Assembly (NCBI RefSeq): GCF_018977255.1
Contig: NW_024704743.1
Span: 89,034,001 to 89,098,000, forward strand
Source: Callorhinchus milii
Lineage: Eukaryota
Direction of reading: 5' to 3'
Length of the DNA stretch: 64,000 nucleotides
Within the stretch, counting starts at the first letter, position 1; every line of letters begins with the position of its first letter. Under the pieces are notes generated by a model, which saw only the letters and a program-made list of their open reading frames with translations, had not been told where the DNA came from and did no database searches. The position numbers and the translations under genes were made by a program. Below are positions 20,366-33,862 of this stretch, one piece after another.

Positions 20366-22941
20366 ATGACCCAAATAAAGTTGGTCATTTACTTCATGGT
20401 TGTTTGTGGGATATTCCTGTGCACATGTTGGCTGCCTCATTCACCAACGCTTGTCCCAGCTGTCAGCAGTAAGTTGAGCTTCATCTATACAGTGCACCAG
20501 ATGTGTCCCAAATTATAATCCTTTAGTTTGGTTGGAATTTGAATATATATTTACAATTGTTTGAAATGTTTGAAATTTTTTGTTGAAAACGGGTGGTGCT
20601 TGTTTTTCTGGCATTTCATCTCTGTCTTTAAATATCCTCAGATATGTATCAGGCGGCTGCTAGCTCAGATTCCAGTGAACCTGTGGGATCAGTTGCACAA
20701 ATTATTTTTCTTGTGAGTTCTCTTGAATGCATAAGATAAATCTTCCTCCCCAGCACCAATTCCTTTATGACATTAGTAGTCCTTGAACTCTAATCTAAGG
20801 GAAGAAGTACAACATATACCTGCTTCCACTGGGAATCTGTTCTCCATATTTACTTACATAGTTAGAACTGTTTACTTCAATATTTTCTTCTGATCTTGAC
20901 CCTTCTTGTGAACTTCTTGATGAATTCACACCTGTTACTGGAGTTTACCTAATCTATATTGTTCATGGAATATGTAAAATCACTTACATGATCTCTTCTC
21001 CAGCGTAAATTACTGAGTACAGTTTTGAGTGTCCCTCTGGGTCTGGTGTTCCTTCAAACACAGAAGGATTGTTATGTCTACAATATCTGACTATGATCTT
21101 AAGTACCCAAGTTAGAAATATATTCAATATAACCCACAATGTGTTTGTGGTTTTTGTATTATTAATTTATGGCACTTTAATATTTAATTCATCCTGTTTT
21201 CTTCCTCCATAGATACATTGTTCTTATTTGGGTTGTGATACCCAGGAAATGATGATGCATGATGAATAAAGACATAGTTCATGGATATATTTTTATCACT
21301 TTTATTTTTTACTTTACCTGTTTGATGGAGTTTAACACTTGCAAAGTGGCGGGTCCAATGTGTAACTTATGTTTTTAGGAAAGTGAAGTAATAATAATAA
21401 TCCTTGCATTTGATAAAGCCCCTTGTCATGTTCAGCAAAACATCTCAAAGCAGTTCACATGATTTACTGTGAAGTGTAGTGACTGTGTATTTGTAAGCAA
21501 AAGTACAGGCGATGCCGGCTCGTCAGGTGAGGCAAGTGAGACACTGTGAGCATTACAAGAGCAGCGCGGGGGAGCTGAGGAAATTGGGTGAGACTGGCAG
21601 GGGAGCAAGGCCAACGGGTGAGTGGCCAAGACATTGCACATGCATGAAGGGCCCATTGCCATGGAAACTAATCAGCTTGGTTAGGCAAACTCATAGAATG
21701 TCAAAAAGGTCACCAGCTGCCATTGAGTACAAGCGTGTACTAGAATGTTTCATGACTGGTAAACTATGAAGGACTATAATCGTAATTGACTGAACACTAC
21801 GAACCAGAATATTCTTTGAATGTTTTATTTTGCCCCACATTTTGCCCCAGACTTTTTGCTCGGTTCACTTAACCTACTTCATAGCTGGACTCTTTCTATA
21901 TGCATTACTGCACTATCAACAGGAATAACAGGAATGTGTACTTAAATAAACTTCACGTGATCACTGGGAAAATAAGTCCTTCAGTAGCAGTTCCACATAG
22001 AAAAAGCAAGTGCCAATTATCTGTAATGGCATTATGATGCAGGTTGTCTACAGCTCGCATCAACCTGGAGGTCATCATCTTGACTGATGATCCAAACTGT
22101 GAACGTTTGTGCCAACAGCCATCGTGGTTTACTGACAACTGCCTTCCAGCTCTCAGTGAAACAGCATGATCTCAGCAGTGGCTTGGATGCTGATATGGCA
22201 AAATCATACCTGTCTCAAGCTGGGCACCTAACAGCCAAATGACAATTGAAGCTCCGTGAGACAGCAGGCTGCATTCAGTTATAACTGGAGCTGGGAGTTA
22301 CTGGCTCAATGCTGCAATTTTGGGAACCGGGAGGGTGTTCATTTTATATTGGAAAGCCTGAAGGAGAGGATTTGACTTTTAAATTCCTTATGCGTCTTCA
22401 GCCTAAATATCAATGCTAACTGAACATCAGTTTAGACACTAATTAAGGAATCACATGTATATTATACCCACAGGATACTTGAGGTTATTCTGCTCCGTTC
22501 ACTCCATGTAAAGAATGCATTGACATTGGCTGAATGCTGTTGTGTTCTGTTCCCTAGGTTTAGAGAGATTGTTGCTTTGTGCTTATAAATAACTGTAATG
22601 TAATGCAATTTTATTTTACATAAATTGTAATGTAATGTTATTCAGAGGCTAATATTGTGACACTACTATTCATAAGTGTACCGCAAGAAACTTACTTGTC
22701 GATGATCAGAGAAAAACAACATTTAGTACAAGTATGCTACATTGAGAGAGTGCAGCAGGACAAACCTTGCTGCCTCCCACACCTCATTCGGGGGCTGGGG
22801 AGGGGGGATGGTGGGTAGAAGAATATTCACTATTTTTAGTGATCAGCACAAACTCCATTCATTGTCCAGTGTCAAACATGAACAACAACAACGACAACTT
22901 ATTTATATAGCGCCCCTCACAGGGTAGCATCCCAGAGCGCT

Positions 22942-23020
22942 TGAAGAATAAACACTTGTCTAGGGTCACACATGAAGAATAAACAATTGTCTAGGGTCAC
23001 ACATGAAAAATAAACACTTG
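22942..23020. repeat. 31-bp tandem repeat, about 2.5 copies
   Basis: tgaagaataaacacttgtctagggtcacaca repeated, directly after a short L2-type tail (22881-22942). Confidence 0.85.
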
Positions 23021-23306
23021 CTTGACGGAGCAAAGGGGAACCAAAACACCTGAAACTGCAACATGAGTTAGAATTGTAACAATTCAGAAGGCAGTTTCCC
23101 TGAGCTCATGATAGTGTAGATCCTACAGGACCACATGCTCCCAGGACTACTGAAAGACCCAACATGATGGCTATCCCAGAATTTCTGTCATTCACTGCAA
23201 TTACTGGTCAATCAGGTGTGAGGTCAGCCAAGGAGATGGGGAAGGGACTTAGAAGTACAAAATCTCCCAGGAACAAAATCTGCCTTTCCACAACACTGAA
23301 CCTATG

Positions 23307-23595
23307 AATAATAGTAATAATCCTTGCATTTGTTATACCGTCTTATCATGTTGTTGAAACTTCTCAAAGCACTTCACAGAATATATTGTAAAGTGGATTG
23401 ACTGTATTTTGTAGGCAAAATGCGGCAGCCAATTGCACACAACTGTGTCCCACTAACAACCATGGATTGAGTGACTCCNTTTTTTTTGGAGGGATTATTA
23501 TGCCCATAAAGCGATCCACCAATAAACTAACAACTGGGTTCCTATTTACTGCTGTGTAAACAGAGGCGTGTGGAGTAAGGAAACTTGACTAAGGT
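23307..23595 (-). mobile_element. tRNA-derived SINE, long variant, 5'-truncated
   Basis: Tail aataatccttgcatttg, body through gcgtgtggagtaaggaaacttg. Confidence 0.85.
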
Positions 23596-24529
23596 GAAAC
23601 CTTAGTCAAACCCGGACTTCTTATTCATTGATCTGCAATAAAGTGTACATGTCTGCCCACCAAGTCAAGGCTCAGACTAAACATGAATCTCGTGGGCTTT
23701 TGCTAATCTAAATCTCCACCCCTCCCCCAAAGGAATGAGAAGTTATGGGTCAGAATCAGTTCATAAGAGACAGAGGGATAGAGCTAGTGGGTATTGTATG
23801 GAAGTTAACTATGTCCTCTCTTCTAAACTGCAGAATAATGTGATATGACTCTATTTGTCAGAAGCCTGTTCTGCAAGTTAATGTTACATGTGTGCATGTA
23901 GGTCCTGGTCTTTGTTGTTAATAAAGGCCAGTGTATAACCCACAATTATGCATTAGGCAAAATGTGCCTCTCCACTGCAATAAACCTGTAAACAGCAAAA
24001 CAGCACTTATTTATTAATCTACAATAAGACGTACATACCTGCTGCTACTCTCCAAGCTGTACAGTGGTCACATTACATTAGAACAGGGGGAGAATGGCTA
24101 AAAGAAACTCAACCAGAACAGAACATTTTGATTTAAATGAATTAGACATTTTATTATAAATGTAAAAATATGAATTATTTTTGTAAAATATGAACTCTGA
24201 TATATATTCTATGATGAGAGCCCTCAGAGTGTTAAACATAATATGGCTTGTAGGCTTTCTCTGTGGCAATACTTAGTTCTTATGATGTACATCTAGAAAA
24301 CACACAGTCACTACTCTCAATATTATATCCTGTGAAGCACTTTAAGGTGTCCTCCAAACATGAAAGGCACTATATCAAATGCAAAAATGTAATTATTTAC
24401 TGAATAAATATGTGGGGAAATTAATACTTAGTGAAGCATGGAATATTTTTCTTTTCATTGCCGGGAAACATTAATTACTTCATATTAAAGTAAAGTAATC
24501 ATTTGCAAAGCATTTTAAAACATCTGTTA

Positions 24530-25110
24530 AATTAAGGACTGTGTTTAGGCTTAATATTGAATCTCAAACTGATAATCTGTGATTATATAAGATCTTAAAT
24601 GGTTAACAGAAAGTGAATTCAGAGGAACATTTTCAGCAACAGTAAAGTTGTAAGAGGAGAGAAGACGTTAAAGGTTGTGAAGAGTAATTTTAGGACAGAA
24701 AGTATTTCTTTACATAGAATGTAATATGTTATAAAGGAAGGATGGTTGAGGTCAGGATTCTGAACTCACAAGATCAACATCACAAGTTTGGTTTGATAAA
24801 GAAGACCCTTCAGCCTATCCAGTCTAATACTTCCAGAACACTCACCCGACCATCCTCGCATCACAGCATCAATGACTCCAGTGTTCTTGCCTCGACTGCC
24901 CTTCCTGGTAACCTGCTCCAGTCGTTGATTACCCTCTGAGTAAAGAAAAACTTCCTGGTATCTGTCTTGAAATTGCCCTTTGAAACTCTAAACCTATGTC
25001 CTCATTTAAGAAATAGGTTGAATCTCTAATGGGAAGATGGTAGTGTTGGTATTCTGGAATGGTGAGATAAATGGACCAAAAGGTCTTCTCCATCTGTATT
25101 TCTCTTTATT
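24530..25110. mobile_element. Decayed CR1 3' fragments (plus-strand piece with a minus-strand 3' end nested at about 24770-25000)
   Basis: Resembles CR1 ends (gatctgattgaggt..aagat, atggaccaaaaggtcttct) and is similar to 50525-50750 and 54455-54670. Confidence 0.55.
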
Positions 25111-26023
25111 CTTAAAACTACGAGGAACTCAAGCCCCAAATAAAGAGAGAGTTAAGAAAAGTCCTGGTCTCAGGATTCTATGACTCTGCTTCAGATAGTT
25201 TTACAACATTTCTACAACAAAAACAAAATTACATGTGTATAGCCCCTTTCACGTCGGGACGTTTCTATTTAATTTCCTATTTAGCACAATATTTTTAAAA
25301 CTGCTAAAAAGTATCAATCTTAAATTCTGTTCTTAGCAAACTAAAATCTGAGGATGAGATAGGATTTGCTCTCATTTCATGTTTCCTATGGATTAAATCA
25401 ATACAATTATTGACGTAGAAAGCTTGCAAGACTTTCAAAAGCAACTCTTTGCTAATCTGACCTAAACCAGCAGGGAGCAGTCATGTGCAAGTGTAGCCAA
25501 CTACATATAACTTCCAACAGAGAGATTTTTTGGCAGCTGGAACAAATTGCCAAAGGGAAACATGATGCACTGTGTAAAACCTTATAAGTTCTCACATCTG
25601 GGAGTATTATGGTCTATATGGGCAAATGTGAGTTCAGTAAACGGTCACCCAGTACAGCATGACTAATATATACATCAGTTTTGAGTTCTCTAAATTAGAT
25701 ACGTTGCATGAGTATTGAATGAAGGTTGAGCAATCAATTCGAAGGAGAGAATAATGTGTCTAGCATCTCAGAGAGGTGAAATAGATGTACGATTCTACAG
25801 TATTTCCACCTCCAATTCAACCAAGTAGAGCTGTATTCTGGACACATATATAATCATATCCATGTACTACCATGACATTTTATACTGTGAGCTATCCTGA
25901 GGCTACACTGAAACTAACCTGTCTGGCCCCTCAGCTAAACCTTTCATTCATTTTATGATTAAAAAATCCACTTTCTTCCATCTCTGTTACATTGTACATC
26001 TCTGCCACTACCTACCCCCAATG

Positions 26024-26436
26024 ACAACAATAACTTGCACTTATATAGCGCCCTCCATGCTGGGCAGCATCTCAGAGCGCTTAACAATGGTGGAACCCAA
26101 GGCTGAGCCAGGCAAAAGGGTAAGGTGACCGTAGGTGAGGTCGAAAAGGAAGTTCTTCAGGCGCGACCTGAACATGGGAAAGGAGGGACGAGGCGAAGGG
26201 ATTGAGGGAGGGAGTTCCAAAGTTTTGGGGTGTAGTGGCTGAAGGCATGGCCGCTGATGGTGGAGTGGAGGATTCGGGGGACACAGAGGAGGCCGAACCC
26301 AGTAGAGAGGAGGCAGTGGGTACTGCTGTGGAGAGAGAGGAGGTTAGAGAGATAGGGGAGTGCCAAGGAATGGAGGGATTTAAACAGTAGAATGAAGATC
26401 TTGAAGTCGATCAGCTTTGTGACAGGGAGCCAGTTT
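26024..26436 (-). mobile_element. L2 LINE 3' end, different subfamily
   Basis: NWLPVTKLIDFKIFILLFKSLHSLALPYLSNLL...ISGHAFSHYTPKLWNSLP; the tail acttatatagcgccctcc..catctcagagcgctt differs from the other L2 tails. Confidence 0.85.
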
Positions 26437-26460
26437 TGAATGAACATAGCCTAGACCCTT

Positions 26461-26884
26461 ACCTCATCCTCACCTACAAGGCCATTCACGGCCTTGCTCC
26501 CTCCTACCTCTCCGACCTACTATCCCCCTACTTACCTGCCCGTATCCTCCGTTCCTCTGGCTCGGGTCCGCTCCACATCCCCTGCCCCAACCGCCCTACC
26601 ATCGGTGGCCGGGCCTTTAGTCTCTCAGCCCCGAGGCTCTGGAACTCTATCCCCCAGTGCCTTCGCCGCCTCCTCCCTTTCCTCCTTCAAGGCCGGTCTC
26701 AAGACCTTTCTCTTTGACCGTGCCTTCAGCTCCCCTCTCGACTCTCTACACCCTCCTCACCCCCTCCCTTCCCTCCCCTCACCCTGACCATTTCCCCCTG
26801 CTTGGATCCCGACCCAACTGTCCAGCGCCTTGGGACGTGCTCCCGACGTGAAAGGCGCTTTATAAATGAAATCTTGTTGTTGTT
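26461..26884 (+). mobile_element. L2 LINE 3' end, young subfamily
   Basis: [20 protein letters not shown]...[17 protein letters not shown]; highly similar to 32187-32615. Confidence 0.92.
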
Positions 26885-29054
26885 ACCCATGGCTTTGTGA
26901 CTTCTAAATAATAATATGGTACTCTGCTAGACATCTTTTTCAGCTCCACCCTGCACAAACTGCAGATCATACAGAATTCCACTGTTTATCTTGTCTCCCA
27001 CACAAAGCTCCACAAGATCATCATATCCATCTTTGCCAAGTTTCACTGACTCCATAATTTTCAATAGATTCACTTTAAAATCCTCTCTTACAAATGCCCT
27101 CATAGCTTTGCCCCACCCATTTCTGCAATCTCTTGCATTCTTCTGCCCACCCTTTTTGTTCTGCCAATTCTAGTAATAATAATAATAATAATAATATCCT
27201 TCACACCCTCATCTGCACCACCAACCTTAACCCAATTTGCCCCCACACTTGGGAACTCTCTTTCAAAATTCTCCACTTTGCCCCCACCCACCCCTCCCTC
27301 TCTGCCTATGCTTGACTGCATATTTGAACCCCCTACCCTGCCTGTCTCCCACTTCCATTCCAGTTTGGTCTACCACTCAGACTTTGTAAAGCATTTTGAG
27401 ATGTTTTTCTAAATAAGTATATTATATAAGTGAAAATTGTTCTTAGGCACTGTGTGTGCAAATATGAGAATCATATCTGTGAAGGAATTCACAGAAGTAT
27501 GGATATATCAAGTATGCAAGATTGTCCTGGTACTGTCCATTAGCCTTTCTGTATGGACATTTGTACCACTGTATCATTTGTTAAATGATATTTAATGTAA
27601 TTCCAAATATTTCTAGCTACAGAGAAGCTGATTCAATATCCAGCATTTTTTCAAACCATTTTTGGTTTTCCTGTTTTTTTAATCTTTGTGATTTCGCGCA
27701 GCATAAAATCTAAAATGGAACATTTGCAAATCTACACACCCGGTGTTTTTATGGGATCACGAGATTTGCAAAATGGCCAATTCCGAACAGGCATTTATAT
27801 AGCGCCTATCATACGGGATACATCCCAGAGCACAGAAAAAAGGCTGGGAGCAAGAAGCCAATCTACTCACTGTCTTTTTCTTGGACTTACTCAGATTCGG
27901 ATTCTCAATTCACTGCTTTGTGAATCTCACATCCCAAATAGCCACTTGAATCTAGTGTTCAATTGAATCTCACAATGCTCTGAGACTCTATCCTGCATGA
28001 AGGGAACTATATAACTGTTGTTGTTGTTGTTGTTGCAGTTATTGGATTTTAGCCTCTGATTTGGTGTTCATGTGTAAATACAATGTACAATGTTTTGCTG
28101 TGGCATCAATGTGGTTTAGACAATACTGGGGAGAAATTCCACCCAAGTCTGGATTTTTTTTATTTATGGAGCATTTTAGAGCATCTAGAATTTGACAAAT
28201 TGTTGAATTCAGCCTTACATTTGGAAGCTCATTTTCTGTCAATTTTAAATGATCTACAAAAAAGTCTTCAAACTGAAGACTGTCTAAGAATTTATCAAAC
28301 TCTGAATGCCCTAAAATGCTACATTAATAAAATAAATCTAAACCCAGGTAATGGCATTTATCTTCATATTAAGGAATTCCAGTTTTCAGACAAGCTGGGT
28401 TAAATGAAACATGTTGGCAAAATGTAAATGACATCAGAATTGTCACCTTTTACTGCACAAAGTACTATTTTTTTTATTTTAACTTTCTGTTGATCTTTAT
28501 GTTCATGCAATTATAGCAGACTGCTTTATTCTGTATTGTCCTGCACTATATTGTCATTGCAGCATTGGACCTATACTGCATACTGCTACTCTGTGTTCAA
28601 ACCACGTGTGTCTTGGCAGTGCCCTTTACAAGGGCAGGGCCTCTCTGAGAAATGTACATAATGCAATCAGTTCTTTTTTGAACCTAACAATTTGAGACAT
28701 TTCCTTTGGAAAACAAAGATTCATTTTGTTACCTTGACAGAAAGTCACTGGCTGTCTGTGTTTTCAAGATCATTGTTTTCTTTGGGTGTTTTTTCTTCGT
28801 TAAGCTGTTATTTTAAATACATACTTCTCATACACATTTCAGATAATGGAAACTGTAATGTGGGAGAATACAGAAATAGTTTGGGAATCAGCTGACAAAG
28901 TCAAGGAAAAGCAAATTTAAGTTAATCATGTAGTGACTCATACCAGTTCCCTCAAATGATAAAGGTTGATTCAGACATTCCAGAAATCCAGCCCCTCCCA
29001 TTATAATGGTTTAGATAAATCATTTTTTTTGGCCAATGTACTACATACTGGATG

Positions 29055-29440
29055 ACAGACTCTGATTCAGAAGGTTGTCTGTTCGAGGCCTACATCAGGA
29101 CTTTGAGCTCATAATCTAGGCTGACATTCCAATGCTTCTCATGGGGGTGCTATTTTGTTGGAGGTGCCAACCTTCGGAGGAGAACTTAAACCATCTGTCT
29201 GTCACATGGACATTAAAGATCACTATTCAAAAAGTAAACTGAGTATCTACTGGTATCTTGGACAACAATCCACCAGTCACTCATTTCATGACTACTTTGT
29301 GGGACGTTGTTATTTTCATATTGGCTGCCATGTTTTCCCACAAATACACAGCAATTACACTTTGTAGTAACATGCATCCTGTGAATTGCTTTGAGACATT
29401 GAGATGATGTGACATGGCTAAGTGAAGAGATTATTATTAA
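29055..29440 (+). mobile_element. Old Deu-type tRNA SINE, near full length
   Basis: ctctgattcagaaggttg..ttcgag..ggactttgagctcataatctaggctgacattcc..ggacattaaagatc..ttgtgggacgttg..ttggctgcc. Confidence 0.72.
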
Positions 29441-30009
29441 TAATAAATCCTTTGCAGCGCTTTGAGATGTTTTGATGATGTGATCAGTTTCTATAGCAAG
29501 GATAAATGCAAGGATTACTATTTTTATCAATGCAGTAAGCTTTGGATACAGGACCATGAAGTCCTTGGAAGTTTCCAAAACATTGGCCATTCAGGAGATG
29601 CAACTGAGCTATGTGCAAAGAGATCTCTCTCTGACTGGAGGGAGGAAGAAAATGAGACTGGTAACTGAAGTGAAATTTGAGTGAACCATGATTCTATAAT
29701 AATAATCCTTGCATTTGATACAATGCATTATCACATCTTCTCAAAGCACTTCACAGAATATACTGCAAAGTGAATTGACTGCATATTTTGTGGGTGAAAT
29801 TTGAGCTTCTACTTCAAGTTTATAAGTAAAGAGGTCATCATACTATGTTTGTGTTGTTTGAAGAACAATTTCCAGACAGAACATAGATTTTAAATATTTA
29901 GTTTTTTTTCATTAATTTTGTCCACTTCCCCTTTCCTCTAACATGTGTGGTGTTTGAGGAGATAGACAAGAACAGTTTGCTCATTTACCTATTGCTTATT
30001 TCTCATATA

Positions 30010-30300
30010 GTCCATGCTGATACTCCAATGCAGTGCTGTGTAGGAGACACCATCTACAATGTAGGAGACACCATCTTTTGGATGTTAAACCAAGGCCCAT
30101 CTGCTTGTTTAGGTGGATTTTAAAGAATCCATGGCACTACTCGAATAGAGGAGGGAATTTCTCCCAATGTCCAGACCAACAGTGCCCCAGTCATTCACTC
30201 CATGGCTGTTTGTGGGACATTGCTGTGTGCAAATCAGCTACCACATTCCCTCACAAAATACACTCCACTTTTCAGTAAATCCGATACAGTGCTTTGCAAC
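30010..30300 (+). mobile_element. Old Deu-type SINE
   Basis: gctgatactccaatgcagtgct..gatgttaaaccaaggcccatctgc..ccatggcactac..ggctgtttgtgggacattgctgtgtgcaaat. Confidence 0.75.
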
Positions 30301-31144
30301 GCTACAGCACTGCTTTGTAGCAGGCAAGCCTGAAAGCTGTTGGCTTGCTTGAATACATATGAAAATTACATGTTGAAGAACAAGTACAGATCATATGGGG
30401 TGTCTGAATACCAATCATATATTTACATTGAGTATCTTTATTGAATGAGAATGTCTTTTAAGATCAATGTTTTAGCTTTCACTCAGGTAGCATGTCCTAA
30501 TTTCAGCAAGACTGCATTGCCAAGCTTATTATTGCTTCAAGATTGTTCAGTGTATCATTTAAACGATTAACAGAGAAGATGTGCCAAGAGATGAATCACC
30601 CTGATCATACAGGATTGAAGGTGGTATCATGTTTTTTTTAAAGAAGAATTTATAGAAACAAATTGCCTGTTTACTGTAACTGACTGCTTGATTCCTCTAT
30701 TAGATCAACTGTATGAAGGAGAGGATTTAAAAAAAAGTGGTTCTGTTAATCAGTATCAACTAAAGTAACCTTAAGATAGATAGGCCATTTTTACAATCAA
30801 ATAAATGTGCATCAGCAAAAGAAAGTTCAAATAAATAAACTATTTGGCTTTGAGACGGTATAGAGGACCCAGGAGCTGCAACAGAGTTGTTAAGCTCATC
30901 ATGGAGGCAATGTACAAACCGAGTCTCAGTTGACATTTAATCTGAGGCATCAGAGGTAAACTATTATTTGAGGTTTGCTATAGACCCCCAGGCCAGAGTG
31001 ATAGCCTTGATCTGGAAGTGTGGGATGAGATAAGGAAAGCGACTAGCAAGGGATCAACCATAGTAGTTGGAGATTTTAACTTACCAGAAATTGAATAACA
31101 TAATAATGTATTTACTGGTAAGATAGGGAAGAAATTTCTAGAAT

Positions 31145-32615
31145 CTCCAACCTCCCCTTTCTCTCCAAGGTCCTGGAAAGAGTTGTCGCCTCCCAACTGC
31201 GCTCTTTCCTTTCCACCCATTCACTTTTCGAACCCCTTCAGTCAGGTTTCCGTGCTGCCCATAGCACAGAAACTGCCCTGGTCAAGGTCACCAATGATAT
31301 CCTGACCATCTGTGACCAGGGCTCCCTCTGCCTCCTCGTCCTCCTCGACCTATCGGCAGCATTCGATACGGTCGACCACGCTATCCTACTCCACCGCTTG
31401 TCCTCCCACCTCAACCTTCAAGGCACTGTCCTTGAATGGTTTAGGTCGTACCTTTCTCACCGTCTTCACTTTGTCTCGACGAATGGCTTCTCCTCCACCC
31501 CCCGTACTGTCTCATGTGGTGTCCCTCAGGGCTCTGTCCTCGGTCCCCTCCTCTTCACCCTCTACATGCTTCCCCTTGGTGACATCATCCGCAGACATGG
31601 AGTTAACTTCCACATGTATGCGGATGACACCCAACTCTACCTTTCCTCCTCTACTCTCAACTCCACGACCACCGATGTCCTGACAGCCTGCCTGTCCGAC
31701 ATCGAGTCCTGGACGAGAGACAACTTTCTTCAGCTCAACGTGCGAAAAACCGAGGCCCTCCTGATTGGCTCACGTCAGCGCCTCCGCACCTCAGGCGCCG
31801 ACACCATCAGCATCCAAGGCTGCACTCTCCACCTCTCAAAGCCAGTCAGGAACCTCGGCGTTTTGTTCGACCCTGAGCTGTCCTTTCTCCCCCACATCCG
31901 CACCACAACTGGCACCACCTTCCATCACCTCCGGAACATCGCCAGACTACGGCATTACCTCACCCCTCACGCTGCTGAAACCCTGGTTCACGCCTTTGTC
32001 ACCTCAAGGCTGGACTATGGGAACTCTCTCCTCGCCGGCCTTCCCGCCACCTCCCTCCACAACCTGCAGGTCATTCAGAACTCTGCAGCTCGTGTACTGT
32101 CCCGCACCAGGCTTCGGGAACACATCACTCCCACCCTCGCTCGCCTCCACTGGCTCCCCATCCCCAGAGGATCGAATTCAAGATCCTCATCCTCACCTAC
32201 AAGGCCATTCACGGCCTTGCTCCCTCCTACCTCTCCAACCTACTATCCCCCTACCTACCTGCCCGTACCCTCCGTTCCTCCGGCTCCGGTCTGCTCCACA
32301 TCCCCCGCCCCAACCGCCCTACCATCGGTGGTCGGGCCTTCAGCCTCTCAGTCCCGAGGCTCTGGAACTCTATCCCCCAGTGCCTTCGCCACTTCCTCCC
32401 TCTCCTCCTTCAAGACCGGTCTCAAAACCTTTCTCTTTGACCGAGCCTTCAGCTCCCCTCTCGACTCTCTTCCCCCTCCTCGCTCCCTCCCTTCCCTCCC
32501 CTCACCCTGACCATTTCCCCCCTGCTCGGGTCATGACCCAACTGTGCAGCGCCTTGGGACGTCCTCCTGACATGAAAGGCGCTTTATAAATGGAATCTTG
32601 TTGTTGTTGTTGTTG
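31145..32615 (+). mobile_element. Young 5'-truncated L2 LINE with open RT domain
   Basis: An uninterrupted frame runs from [12 protein letters not shown] through [25 protein letters not shown] and YADDTQLY to LHWLPIP. There is one 1-nt frameshift near 32165. TSD TAGAAT at 31139-31144 and 32616-32621. Confidence 0.96.
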
Positions 32616-33862
32616 TAGAATGAAAGGAGGAATGTTTGTAACGGAGCCAACAAGGGGAAATAACATTATGGATTTGGTTATGAATAACAGGGATGATCAA
32701 ATCTCCACCACAAAGGTGGGTGAGGGATTAAACAACAGTGATCATAATGTTATCACATTTGATATTACACGATTGGTGAAATTATAAAAACAAAAACAGA
32801 ATTGCCAAATTTGAAGAAGACCAATTACATGTGATTGAGAAGTCTTGTCAAAGCAGACCTGGCAGGTTTAAACATGGGTAAGGGAGCAGAGTAACTGTGG
32901 AACTCATTTAATGAGGTGATTCGGAATGCAATGGACCAATGTGTACCCATGCAAAGGAAAGGTACCGAGCTTAAGGGTACTCCTGCCTGGTTGAACGGGG
33001 CCGCAAAACAACTCATAGAAAGGAAAAAAAAGACATTTAAGGCCATGAAGGAAAATGGCACAGAGGAAAGATGGACTCATTACCAGAAGGCATGACAGAA
33101 TTGTAAGAAAGGTATCAGAATGGCAAAGACATTTTTTGAACTGAACATGGCAAGAGATGTGAAGGATAACAATAGTTTTTCAGTTACACAATTAGAAAAA
33201 GAAAACAAGGCGTAGAATATGGCCATTGAAGGGGGAATTGAGTGAGAATATGACATATGGTGCTACACAAGCTGCAGAAGTACTAAATAAGTTTTTGCCT
33301 CCGTTTTTAGTAAAGAGGCGATGGGAAATTTATGGGATCTGGAAAGAGAACTCAGTGGTGTTGCAGAGGCAAGTTGTGACAATATACATATTACTACCAA
33401 CATGGTTGCCGAACATCTTTGCAAATTTACATATCCCAAGGGCCTGATGTATTGTATCCCAGGATCCTTAAGAAACTAAGAAAGGAAATTGCAGGAATTG
33501 TGGCACAAATCTTTCAGAAATCAATGGATACTGGAGAGGTTCTTAGGGACTGGAGAAAGCCAGATGTTACTCTTATTTTTAATAACGGTAACAAAAGTAA
33601 CTCAGGAAATTACAGACTAGTGAGTTTGACATCCATTGTGGGTAAAGTTATGAAAACTCTAATTGAAAAATAAGATCATGGAGGTATCTGGACAGTAATA
33701 AAATGATAAAAAATAGCCAATGTGGGTTTATGAAGGCGAGATCCTGCCAAACTAATTTACTGGTTTTCTTTGATTGTGTGACAAAGGAGCTTGATAAAGG
33801 TAAGGCAGTGGATGTTGTATACCTGGATTTCATTAAAGCCTTTGATAGAGTTCCTTATATAA

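Noticed and set aside
30049..30076. Short tandem duplication tgtaggagacaccatct (similar case at 11666-11710)
   Set aside because: Ordinary slippage duplications with no further structure.
31398..32510. Reverse transcriptase as a retron, DGR, group II intron or domesticated host gene
   Set aside because: It has L2 ORF2 motifs, a 5' truncation, an L2 tail and a TSD, with many decayed paralogues in the window. It is an ordinary LINE copy.
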